Source: Candidatus Competibacter sp.
GTDB lineage: Bacteria; Pseudomonadota; Gammaproteobacteria; Competibacterales; Competibacteraceae
NCBI GenBank assembly: GCA_031732855.1
Contig: JAVMKJ010000110.1
Location: 21,006-85,005, forward strand
Length of the DNA stretch: 64,000 nucleotides
Direction: 5' to 3'
Numbering within the stretch: position 1 is the stretch's first letter; the number at the start of each line of letters is the position of its first letter. Below are positions 36,225-44,764 of the stretch, piece after piece. The notes under the pieces are model-generated. The model was not told the DNA's origin, did not search any database, and saw nothing but the letters and a program-made list of their open reading frames with translations. The position numbers and the translations under genes were made by a program.

Positions 36225-38642
36225 CTAAGGCAGCCAAGACCACATCTCCACAGTCACAAAGCGCACCAGCCGATGGGTGAAGGCCACCGCCAGCGGTTCC
36301 TCCTCCGCGGCAATTTTGGCATAGCCCGTCATCCCCGGTTTCAGTAGACCCTCCGGGTTGGGTACCTCCAGGATGACCTTGACTACCCGGCCGGTAGGGG
36401 TATCGCTGGTAGCGGTGTCAATCTGGGTGACCTTGCCGGTAAAGTAGCGCTGGGAATAGGCCCATGGCTTGAGCCGGGCGCCAGCGCCCAGCGCCACGAA
36501 GGGTAAATCCGCTTCCGGCACGCTGATCTCGGTCCGCAACACTCGATCATCCTGCACGGTGGTGAACAAATCGCTCTCTTCAAGATACTTGCCGGTCAGA
36601 TTCCGCAACTTCAGGTCGGTCAGCCGTCCATCGATCGGCATGATCAACCGGGTGCGGGCCAACTGTTCCTGATCCAGCACCAGTTGTGCCTTGAGACGCT
36701 CCAGTTCGGCCCGCGCCGCATCGATATCCTGGGGATAGGGACCGGCCCTGACCAGATCGAGATTGGCCTGCTGTTTCTGCACCTGCTGGCGATCCACCTC
36801 CAGCTTGCTTTCCGTCGCCTCAAACTGTTGCTCCGACGTGAAGCCGCGCCGCAACAACTCCCGTTGCCGGGTCAATTCGCTGCGCTGAAACTTCTCCTCG
36901 GCCACGGCGACCTGGAGTTCGCGATCGGCGATGGTCACTTCCTCCGGACGTGGAGTGTTGAGCAGTTTATCCAGGTTGGCCTGTTGGCGGTCGATGGCCG
37001 CCCGGGTAATCGCAACCTGCTGCTCCTGACGATAGGATGACTGGCGAGCGATCGGGACACCGGCCTGCAGCCAGTCCCCCCCTTCATAGAACACTTGCTC
37101 CACGATGCCCGAAGTCTGGGCGTACAATTCCCGACTCTGAATCGGCATCAACTCAAAGGAACCACCGGTTTCGTAGGGATAAGGCAAGGCCCCGACCAAG
37201 ATCGCGAGAACCAGCAGAAGCGGTGCCGTCCACCGCCGGGTTTGAGCCGGGAGCGCGGCTACTGGTTCGCTCGCCAGCGCAGGGGTGACTGGTCGTCCGG
37301 CCTTGCTCCTCGCCGCCGCCGGCCGCGACCGATAACGGGCCTGACGCTCGGCGGTCCGCTTGCGAAATGCTCGCAGGAGGCTCCACCCCGCCCAAGTCAG
37401 CAAAATGAGGAACAGAGCGATACCGGTACCGCTGAAATGAAGACGCAGCCAATCGCCAATCAGATAAAGCGTCAACCCAAACAGCGCCAGAAAGTAGACG
37501 CAGACCGCCAGGGCATAGGCTACAAAAGCGGAGCGTCGACCACGCTCATCTTCCCTTACGGAACCTCGGCGGAACAGGGCGCGAATGGCCTGGAGACGTA
37601 GATTGGGAGTATCCAGATAAGCCGTCAGCCATCGGTAACCATCGCCCGCGCCCAAGGGATTGCTGCTAATCACGAACATGATCGTCGTCATCAGCATCAG
37701 GCTCAGCCAGAAGAACGGCAGCCGGGTACCGGTATCGCGACTCAGCAACCAGCCCAGCACACTAAGGCCGAACAACGCGATTTTGACCAAGGTGGGGGTT
37801 GCCAGCACCCAAAGCACCTGGTTTCGCGACAATCGATCGAGACCGTCCAGTTCGACATGAAAGCGTGGCAGGACACCAAACAACAAGAAAACGCCAACGC
37901 CCTCGACCCGTCCCCCCAATGCGATATTGACTACACCCTCCAGCCAATGGCTCAGGAAATTGACTATCATCAAATTGATCAGCAGATGCAGAAGGATATG
38001 CTGAAGAGGAGTGACAGGTCCCCAAAAATAACTCAGATCGGTTTTCAGATGCGCGGCGTTGTACATCAGCGCCACCAGTGCCAGTCCAAAACCGAGCGGT
38101 AACAGATAGATCAAGGATGCCAGCGGACGAATCAACCGCGCCAGGAAATCCATGAGCGCGGTCGCTTTCACCAAACGCCGGTAATAAGAGGGAGTACGCT
38201 TGCCGGGCTCCCGCCCGCCAGGCTTGAGCGCATCGAGCAAGGCCAGCCAGGCATCGTCGGCTTCGGCGCCAGGAAAATGCCGGTTCGCTTCAGGTGATCG
38301 GGACGGTTCGGACGGTTCGGACGGTTCCGGCGCTTCATCCATACTTGCCGCCGTTGCCGGTGAGGTTTTCGGAGTATCCGCCAGCAACCCCCAACCTGAA
38401 AGACTGGTCAGGAACTTGTCGAGATAGGCAGGTGTGAGGCGTTGCTGGTAATGTTGTTGAAAGGCCTGCAGCAGGACCTCTGGCGCGGCGCGACCATCGA
38501 GTCGGGTAATGAGGAAATATTCCTTCTCGCCGAACTCGAAGGTTTCGTTCCAGACCGGATCGCGGATGACGTAGACCGTCCCCTGCTCGCGGTTGTCGCA
38601 GGTGATGACCAGATCATCCCGCAGCTTGGGAATGCTTGACAC
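36225..38642 (-). CDS. Fusion protein: PqqD-like N-terminal domain + polytopic M50(site-2-protease)-like membrane domain lacking HExxH + C-terminal HlyD-type membrane-fusion domain
   Basis: 805 aa with a GTG start 3 nt after the upstream stop. The N-terminus is SIPKLRDDLVITCDNREQGTVYVIRDPVWNETFEFGEKEYFLITRLDGR. A Pro/Ser/Glu linker is followed by ~7 hydrophobic helices carrying HILLH and NPLGAGDGY. The C-terminal ~330 aa show lipoyl-like hairpin, long coiled coil and beta-barrel features typical of HlyD adaptors. Confidence 0.6.
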   Translation of the reverse strand: MSSIPKLRDDLVITCDNREQGTVYVIRDPVWNETFEFGEKEYFLITRLDGRAAPEVLLQAFQQHYQQRLTPAYLDKFLTSLSGWGLLADTPKTSPATAASMDEAPEPSEPSEPSRSPEANRHFPGAEADDAWLALLDALKPGGREPGKRTPSYYRRLVKATALMDFLARLIRPLASLIYLLPLGFGLALVALMYNAAHLKTDLSYFWGPVTPLQHILLHLLINLMIVNFLSHWLEGVVNIALGGRVEGVGVFLLFGVLPRFHVELDGLDRLSRNQVLWVLATPTLVKIALFGLSVLGWLLSRDTGTRLPFFWLSLMLMTTIMFVISSNPLGAGDGYRWLTAYLDTPNLRLQAIRALFRRGSVREDERGRRSAFVAYALAVCVYFLALFGLTLYLIGDWLRLHFSGTGIALFLILLTWAGWSLLRAFRKRTAERQARYRSRPAAARSKAGRPVTPALASEPVAALPAQTRRWTAPLLLVLAILVGALPYPYETGGSFELMPIQSRELYAQTSGIVEQVFYEGGDWLQAGVPIARQSSYRQEQQVAITRAAIDRQQANLDKLLNTPRPEEVTIADRELQVAVAEEKFQRSELTRQRELLRRGFTSEQQFEATESKLEVDRQQVQKQQANLDLVRAGPYPQDIDAARAELERLKAQLVLDQEQLARTRLIMPIDGRLTDLKLRNLTGKYLEESDLFTTVQDDRVLRTEISVPEADLPFVALGAGARLKPWAYSQRYFTGKVTQIDTATSDTPTGRVVKVILEVPNPEGLLKPGMTGYAKIAAEEEPLAVAFTHRLVRFVTVEMWSWLP

Positions 38643-38645
38643 GGC

Positions 38646-40139
38646 TTAACGGCGACCCAGCCAGATTTCCAGGCCACCCTGGGGATTATCCTCGTAACGC
38701 CACTGGTCCCCGCGGCGGACGGCCACCCGGGGGCCGAAGGGATTGGCGGTACCGAGAAAAAAACCATGCGGCGTGGAGACCAGAGTGCGAAGCCCATAGT
38801 TGTAGGGATTTCCGAAGCCCTGGCGGTTGACCGGCAACCAATTTTCACCGTCGCTGCTGCGCCACAACTCGAATCCGCCCTGCCGCGCGACGATGTTTTC
38901 CACCCCGATCAATTCGTAGAGACGGCTAACCCTCGGGGACCGTCGTTCCAAATCGGCATACCGCAGCGTGTTGCTCCAGTCCATGGTGCCGGCGTAGAGC
39001 CAACCATCGTGGACACCCATCCGCCACAGATAGGCATTGAAGAAATTGCCAAAACCGGCGCCGAGCCCGCTCAAGGGACGCTTGAAACCCTGGACCGTAT
39101 CCCGGGCGTTACCGACGATGAGATCCCAGGAACCGTCGCCCCGAACCCGGAGTATTTCCGCGCTGGCCGGGCCGATCTTGTGGGTGTAATCGTAGCCGCC
39201 ATTTTGAATGCCGGTGCCGAGATAGAGCGCACCCCGAAAAACCTGCATGCTGGCGACCAGCTGATTCAGTGACCCGCGCCCGGCACCGCCTTCGAGCACC
39301 TTTTCCCAGCGGTACGGCGGTCGATCCTCGGCAGCGGTACGCCACAACTGAAAACCCTGGTTATTGAGGGTTCCGGCATAGAGACGGTCCTCAAATACCG
39401 CCATCTCGAAGATGGTCAGATTACCAGGATCGCCGAAGCCCGGTTCGTTGACCAGGATCCAGTCCCCCCGGACGGGATCGCGGGTGGCGTAGATTTCAGG
39501 CACCCGAGAAGTATTGGGATTGCCTTGGGCAGCGCCGGTAGGCGCGATAAACAATTGCCCCTTGAAAGGCACCAAGGCTCGCAGACTGGTGACTGGCTGA
39601 CCGCCGATCCTGCCCAACCGGCCGACCACCTCGAAAGTCGCACCATCGCGGCAGCGCAGCAGTAGCGGGCCATCGCCGTTGGCCCGCGACCAGTTACTGG
39701 TATACAAAGCAGGTTCGGGGTCGCTGGCGCTCTGGTAAATCACCATCCCCCGATAACCCAGATCGCGGCTCATCGTGCCGCCGTGATTGCCCACCACCAG
39801 CGGCGCCCGATAGACCCGCGTCCAGGCAGCTTGCACGGGATGGTACTTCCAAATTTCGGCGCGGGCCTGCAGGGTTTCGAACTCCTCGGACAGCAACTTG
39901 TGGGGACACTCCACCGGCCAGACACCGATATCGATGCCAAGCCGTTCCTTGATCAGGCAGAAATTGGCCCGGGTCGTGCCGACATACAGGGCATCCCGGT
40001 ACCAAGCCATGCAATGAGCATAGGCGTTGTTGCCATCACCGAAACCGTTGGCGCAAATCTTGTAAAAATCCTGAAAACGCAGGCCAGGCTCGGGGGAAGG
40101 ATAAAAACGGTTACCTGCAAGTCCGATGGTGGCGATCAT
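38646..40139 (-). CDS. Beta-propeller repeat protein, paralogue 1 (497 aa, cytoplasmic by sequence)
   Basis: Repeated blades of the form GFG(D/N)..N .. LY(V/A/L)GT .. GF(Q/E)LWR. Examples are NGFGDGNN..LYVGT, GFGDPGN..LYAGTLNNQGFQLWRT, GFGNFFN..LYAGT and GGFELWRSSDGENW..GFGNPYN..FFLGT. No signal peptide. The ATG overlaps the upstream stop (ATGA). Confidence 0.6.
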   Translation of the reverse strand: MIATIGLAGNRFYPSPEPGLRFQDFYKICANGFGDGNNAYAHCMAWYRDALYVGTTRANFCLIKERLGIDIGVWPVECPHKLLSEEFETLQARAEIWKYHPVQAAWTRVYRAPLVVGNHGGTMSRDLGYRGMVIYQSASDPEPALYTSNWSRANGDGPLLLRCRDGATFEVVGRLGRIGGQPVTSLRALVPFKGQLFIAPTGAAQGNPNTSRVPEIYATRDPVRGDWILVNEPGFGDPGNLTIFEMAVFEDRLYAGTLNNQGFQLWRTAAEDRPPYRWEKVLEGGAGRGSLNQLVASMQVFRGALYLGTGIQNGGYDYTHKIGPASAEILRVRGDGSWDLIVGNARDTVQGFKRPLSGLGAGFGNFFNAYLWRMGVHDGWLYAGTMDWSNTLRYADLERRSPRVSRLYELIGVENIVARQGGFELWRSSDGENWLPVNRQGFGNPYNYGLRTLVSTPHGFFLGTANPFGPRVAVRRGDQWRYEDNPQGGLEIWLGRR

Positions 40140-40588
40140 CGAGGCGGGAACAAAGGATTAGGTAGGTCGCAATCAATCGGCTTGGGTAGTCCCAAGGATT
40201 TTCCGGCTTCCTCAAAAAGGGCGAGTTCCTCGCGGGTCACGGCCAACACCGCTTCCAGCCAGGTGACCCGGTACCGTAGCTCGCGACAGCGCTGGTCGAT
40301 CTCTTCCAGGGTGCTGGACCCCGGATCAAAGACCTTGTTGAAATCGAACTCGGGCGGCTGCATGTCGAGCAACTGACTCAATTGCTCGGCCGTAACCCTC
40401 GGAACGGAGGCGGGCGCCGGCGGGGATAACGTCTCCAATAAGCCATCCGCCATGGTGGATTCCGGTTCTTCCGCCCGGACAGGACCCGCGCCGGCTTCAT
40501 CGCCGGCCGGAGCGGTGGTGAAACCAAAACGTCCCCGGGCGCGCAGACGCTCCAAGGCCGACAGTCGTTTCTCTACGGCGGGGTCCAT
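40136..40588 (-). CDS. Low-complexity acidic protein with C-terminal amphipathic/coiled-coil helix (150 aa)
   Basis: MDPAVEKRLSALERLRARGRFGF.., then a Pro/Ala/Glu-rich middle, then ..EEIDQRCRELRYRVTWLEAVLAVTREELALFEEAGK. It is intercalated between sulfotransferase-like 1 and propeller 1. No known motif. Confidence 0.45.
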   Translation of the reverse strand: MDPAVEKRLSALERLRARGRFGFTTAPAGDEAGAGPVRAEEPESTMADGLLETLSPPAPASVPRVTAEQLSQLLDMQPPEFDFNKVFDPGSSTLEEIDQRCRELRYRVTWLEAVLAVTREELALFEEAGKSLGLPKPIDCDLPNPLFPPR

Positions 40589-40631
40589 TTACAGTTCCAT
40601 GAATAAAGACATAAGGCGGCATTCAATTGGA

Positions 40632-41549
40632 TCAAACATAGCCGAGCCGTTCGGCCAGTTGCAGGGTTTGCGGATTGAACCCCCGACCGTCGGACCGCCA
40701 AGGCAATAATCCAACCAAGCTGCTGGCGGTGATACGGCCGGGGCGGAAGCGGGGATCCTTGAGAAAGTTGATATCGTTGCCAAGATGCGCTCCGAAAGGC
40801 CCGAGGGAGGCATAGGGCGACGCCTCCGGATGCAGCATGGCTTCCATCGCCTCCGGGCTATCGGCCACCCCCAACCAGGTGGCGCACATTCGCAGATGCG
40901 ACTCTGGATCGTTCAGCAAGTCCTCGCCCCGGATCGTCCGCTGCCGCTCCCAGGGAATATCGGCCAGAAACGCCAGAATATGGCTCTGCGTCCGGCACCA
41001 AGTGACCTGAGGGTCCAGAGTGGGGGGCAAGGTGCTGTAGTCATAAGCGTTTTCCATCGCGGCCAGCAACGGATTCAGACGCAACAACGATTCCCCCTGG
41101 GTACGCGGGTGCCGGACTAAATGGATGTAGCAGGCTTCGGGAAACGTTTCGGCGATACGCCGCAGATAGCGCGGGCTGGCGCAATAGACCGGGCTCTTGT
41201 CCACGATGCGTAAGGGAGACACCCGGATGGCTAACTCCCGATAAACTTCACCGGTGGTACGGGAAAGCCGGCGCAGGATCCAACGACGCGCCAGGTCGAT
41301 GCTGGCCAGGGTTTGCTCTCCGGCATAGATCTGGGCGATCGCCCGCAGCAATCCGTGCATCATGAACTGGCGCTGGCCGGTCAGGCGCAGCCACAACCGC
41401 CGCATATCAGGTTCGATGAACAGATTGAGTTCCGGTACTCCGTAGTGGGCCGGATGCTGGCCCAGCATGGCGCAGATCACCGAGGTGAAGGAACGCGGCG
41501 AGCCGAGAATGAACAGCGGCGCCGATGCAGTGGTTTTTGACGCATTCAC
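40632..41549 (-). CDS. Sulfotransferase-like protein, paralogue 1
   Basis: 5'-PSB-like loop ILGSPRSFTS and 3'-PB-like IHLVRHPRTQGES. It is paralogous to 42809-43693 and 46123-47007. The start was set at the GTG at 41549, which overlaps the upstream stop (GTGA). The listed TTG at 41564 is the alternative. Confidence 0.6.
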   Translation of the reverse strand: MNASKTTASAPLFILGSPRSFTSVICAMLGQHPAHYGVPELNLFIEPDMRRLWLRLTGQRQFMMHGLLRAIAQIYAGEQTLASIDLARRWILRRLSRTTGEVYRELAIRVSPLRIVDKSPVYCASPRYLRRIAETFPEACYIHLVRHPRTQGESLLRLNPLLAAMENAYDYSTLPPTLDPQVTWCRTQSHILAFLADIPWERQRTIRGEDLLNDPESHLRMCATWLGVADSPEAMEAMLHPEASPYASLGPFGAHLGNDINFLKDPRFRPGRITASSLVGLLPWRSDGRGFNPQTLQLAERLGYV

Positions 41550-42808
41550 AGAGACAACCGCCAAACCGTCAGTCCGGGCGGCAGGGAATCAGTGCCAGGT
41601 CCCGCGGCGGTGGAAATCGCCGCGCCAGGTTCCGCAATATCGGGGTCCGCCGCGCTAAAACGCGCCGTGGTACCGGTGCAAGCCAGGAGGTGATCGCCCA
41701 GATGGATCAACCCCAGCAGCGGCTGGGCAGCTTCGACAAGCAGCCCCGGCCATTCCCGGGGCTCAAACTGTTCCCCGTCGCTACTGGCCCACAACTGCTG
41801 GCGAATCGGTTCCCCGGCTTCGGGCAAGGTGCCGGCCGCAATATACAGGGTACCGCGATGGCTGAAAAGACCCAGAAGGTTAGCGCGAGCGGGATCGCCG
41901 AGACCGGACCCAAGCGAGGCCAGCGGCACCTTGAGACCCTGTGGGGTGAAACGCACTGCACCCGCCAGGATTTCCCAACGATCATCCTGGTCCACCCGTA
42001 ACAAATCCACTCCCAATGGCCTGGCGTTGGCGGCGGTCTGCCCGGTCCGACCGGCGGCCAGACAGAGTTTATCGTTCCAAACCGTCAGCGCGAGGATCTC
42101 GCGGTTGCCGGTATGGCGCTCGGCGCCATCGCGCAGCACGCAATGCCAATCCTCTGCCATGCCCTCCGGGGTCAGCCCGGCCCACCAGAGTTGAAAGCCT
42201 CGCTCATCGTTGGCCACCGCCGCGTAAAGCCGCCCCTGCCATGCGATCAGGTGGGTGATCATGACATGGGCGGAATCGCCAAATGGGGACTCAACCATCG
42301 GTCGCCATCTTTCCCAAGCGGGACCTTCATTCCACAGCAGGGCAGGCGCCCTGCCGCTCGCCGCGTCACCGGCCACCGCCACGAAGAGTCGACCCTGGCA
42401 ACCCAGCAATGCGGTCACCGGGCCGTAGCCGCCGGGGAATTCGGCCACCGGCAGAAAGCACTCTCCGGTATCGCTCCAGGCCAGCGCCACACCATGGTCA
42501 TGAAAGGCATTGGTGAACAGCCGAGGACGATTTCCAGCCGCAATGGCGAAGGTCAAACCCGGGAGGAAGGGTGACCTCGCCGGTTCGGCAAGAATCGAGG
42601 CGACTTCACCTCTCACGGTTGGATATACCGCCCGCCAGTACGGTTGATCGATCCCGCGCCGGACTACCTTAACACCGGCGGGCATCCGGGTGGCGAGATG
42701 GAACGCGCCGTCAAACTCCATTCCGGCGAGAGCAGTCACCGCGGTCGACCCCGCGCCACGGGTTAAACATTCGATGGCATGAAACCAGTCGGATGGAACG
42801 CCGGACAT
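41546..42808 (-). CDS. Beta-propeller repeat protein, paralogue 2 (420 aa)
   Basis: Same blade pattern as paralogue 1 (RLFVAVAGD, RLYAAVANDERGFQLWWA, KLCLAAGRTG, TLYIAAGT, QLWASSDGEQFEP). Its ATG directly follows the stop of sulfotransferase-like 2 (TGAATG). Confidence 0.55.
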   Translation of the reverse strand: MSGVPSDWFHAIECLTRGAGSTAVTALAGMEFDGAFHLATRMPAGVKVVRRGIDQPYWRAVYPTVRGEVASILAEPARSPFLPGLTFAIAAGNRPRLFTNAFHDHGVALAWSDTGECFLPVAEFPGGYGPVTALLGCQGRLFVAVAGDAASGRAPALLWNEGPAWERWRPMVESPFGDSAHVMITHLIAWQGRLYAAVANDERGFQLWWAGLTPEGMAEDWHCVLRDGAERHTGNREILALTVWNDKLCLAAGRTGQTAANARPLGVDLLRVDQDDRWEILAGAVRFTPQGLKVPLASLGSGLGDPARANLLGLFSHRGTLYIAAGTLPEAGEPIRQQLWASSDGEQFEPREWPGLLVEAAQPLLGLIHLGDHLLACTGTTARFSAADPDIAEPGAAISTAAGPGTDSLPPGLTVWRLSL

Positions 42809-43693
42809 TCAACCGTACCCCATCTGTCTGGCCAACTCGCCGACCGCCTGCGTCAGTTCGGGATCCGGAATCTGGGCTAGCAGCGGATCCTCACGCAGGG
42901 GCGGCAAGGTCAATTCGGGGCGCCGCAGAGTCGGCGACAGCAAAAACTTGCGATCATCGCCCCAGCGGGCATTGACCGGTCCCGGCCTAGCAAAGGGTGA
43001 ATGCTCGGGGTGGCGCATCGCCTCAATCGCATCGGCATCGTCCCGAATCCCCAGCCACTGGGCGATCTGCGGCAAATAGCATTCATCTTGGGTCAGCAGC
43101 AATTCCCCCCGCACGCTCGCGCACTGACCCTCCGGCAACACCGAAGCGAAATCCAGAATGGCGCTGTGGTGGTGATACCAAAGCTTCAACTTCTGCTGCA
43201 ACCATTTGCCTTGCTCGGGTGGTGGCTCCTCGCGCTGGTCCAGGAGGGCATGGGCCACCGCCAGCGGGTGAGTAGTTACATGCAGGAAATTCGCTTGGGG
43301 CACCGCCTTGTAGGCCCGGATCAGAAAGCCCCATTGGACCGAACTGGTGGTGCTCTTGTCTACCAGAATCCGGGGCGCCACCGCAGCGGCCAGATGAGCG
43401 ATTATCCGAGCGATGCTCCAGTCGCGCCGGTCCGCCAGCCAGCTCCAGGCCCGGCGGGCGCTAGCCTCGCTCTGCTCGCCTTCGTGCAATTGCGCCAAGG
43501 CACGCACCAGACCGTGGGTAGCTTGGGGCTGGTCCTGGCGGTGGGTGTGATAATCGTGCCACTGCGTCACGGTATCGGCGACAAACAGGTTAAGCTCCGG
43601 CAAACCGTAAAGTTGCGGGTGCTGGCCCAGCATGGCGCCGACCAGTGAAGACAGCCAGTGCGAGGCGCCGAGAACAATGATCGCGTTAGCCAT
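42809..43693 (-). CDS. Sulfotransferase-like protein, paralogue 2 (PAPS-binding motifs degenerate)
   Basis: 294 aa from the ATG at 43693. The listed ORF extends to 44083 but would then overlap the esterase gene. It shares MLGQHP..PELNLF..HGLVRALAQLHEGEQ..DKS..EAMRHPEHSP with the paralogues. However, it has GASHWLSS and VTTHPLAVAHA where the others have PRSF(T/S)S and RHPR..G.S. Confidence 0.55.
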   Translation of the reverse strand: MANAIIVLGASHWLSSLVGAMLGQHPQLYGLPELNLFVADTVTQWHDYHTHRQDQPQATHGLVRALAQLHEGEQSEASARRAWSWLADRRDWSIARIIAHLAAAVAPRILVDKSTTSSVQWGFLIRAYKAVPQANFLHVTTHPLAVAHALLDQREEPPPEQGKWLQQKLKLWYHHHSAILDFASVLPEGQCASVRGELLLTQDECYLPQIAQWLGIRDDADAIEAMRHPEHSPFARPGPVNARWGDDRKFLLSPTLRRPELTLPPLREDPLLAQIPDPELTQAVGELARQMGYG

Positions 43694-44720
43694 CGGGGAC
43701 AAGATTCCGGCGCGATTCAGGGTTGGCGTCCGGCGAACCAGGCATGCGTGAAGCACCGAGCGTATCGAAGAAACGCCACATCTCGCGGCTAGCGGAAATC
43801 GAGTGGCTGGAGTACTCATTCCGCCCCCAGCGATCACTACGTTGGCCACCTGGCCAAGTGTGCCCGCCGCCATCGATGGTGACCAGCACGACGGGACCAC
43901 CCCTGCGGCAACTGAACTGCTCGATGTTGGCATCGCCAATCCTGGTATCCCTACCCTGCCCCTGACATTGGTGGTATTGCCGCAGCCAGTCGATGGTATC
44001 CGGTACCGAACGATGGGGCACCCCAACGATTGAACGGACACCGATTCCACCCTCGAAGGGTGCGTTCTGATCCGCAAGGCCATGAAAGTGGATCACTGGA
44101 ATCGGACGCGCGGGGTTGCATCGTTCGGTCATGAGGGTACCGGCTACCGGTGCGATGGCGCTAATTCGGTCGGACAGATCGCACGCCAGCCGGTAGGCCA
44201 TCATGGCGCCGTTGGAGATCCCCGTGGCGTAAATCCGATTGGCATCGATCCGGAACTGATTCGATACCTGATCGATGATTGCTTTGGTGAAGCCGACATC
44301 GTCCACGTCATTACGCTGGGCGATGCCGCAACAGAGACCGGCGTTCCAGGTAAAGCGGTTGCCTTCGGGATTGCGTCCGGTACCGTTGGGATAGACCACG
44401 ATAAAACTCTTCTCTTCGGCCAGTTCGTTCATGCCGGTCAGCAACGGCATTCTCTCGGCATTGCCCAGACCACCGTGAAATACCAGGATCAGCGGCACGG
44501 CGCGGTCAGGATTATAGTTGCGAGGCACGTAGATCAAATAACTGCGCGGCAACCTTTCATAGGGCAAGCTCACTTGTTGGAGCACGCCTTTCTGAATGCT
44601 TCCCAGAGTCGCCGGTCGGGCCGGGCCAGGCGCGACGGTATTGTCGTCACCGGCGTAGCATCCCGTCATCAGGCCGAAACCGACCAGCCCACAAAGCAGC
44701 CATTCAAACATCTGGCGCAT
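43686..44720 (-). CDS. Secreted lipoprotein esterase of the PHB-depolymerase / LpqC (COG3509-like) family
   Basis: Signal peptide with lipobox-like LMTGC. The body shows YLIYVPRNYNPDRAVPLILVFHGG..FIVVYPNG..WNAGLCCG..DDVGF..IYATGISNGAMMAYRLAC, with the nucleophile elbow G-x-S-x-G. Confidence 0.7.
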   Translation of the reverse strand: MRQMFEWLLCGLVGFGLMTGCYAGDDNTVAPGPARPATLGSIQKGVLQQVSLPYERLPRSYLIYVPRNYNPDRAVPLILVFHGGLGNAERMPLLTGMNELAEEKSFIVVYPNGTGRNPEGNRFTWNAGLCCGIAQRNDVDDVGFTKAIIDQVSNQFRIDANRIYATGISNGAMMAYRLACDLSDRISAIAPVAGTLMTERCNPARPIPVIHFHGLADQNAPFEGGIGVRSIVGVPHRSVPDTIDWLRQYHQCQGQGRDTRIGDANIEQFSCRRGGPVVLVTIDGGGHTWPGGQRSDRWGRNEYSSHSISASREMWRFFDTLGASRMPGSPDANPESRRNLVPDG

Positions 44721-44764
44721 GCTTTAAAGAATCCTCGTGGAAGTCTCTCCAGCGAACATGGCTG

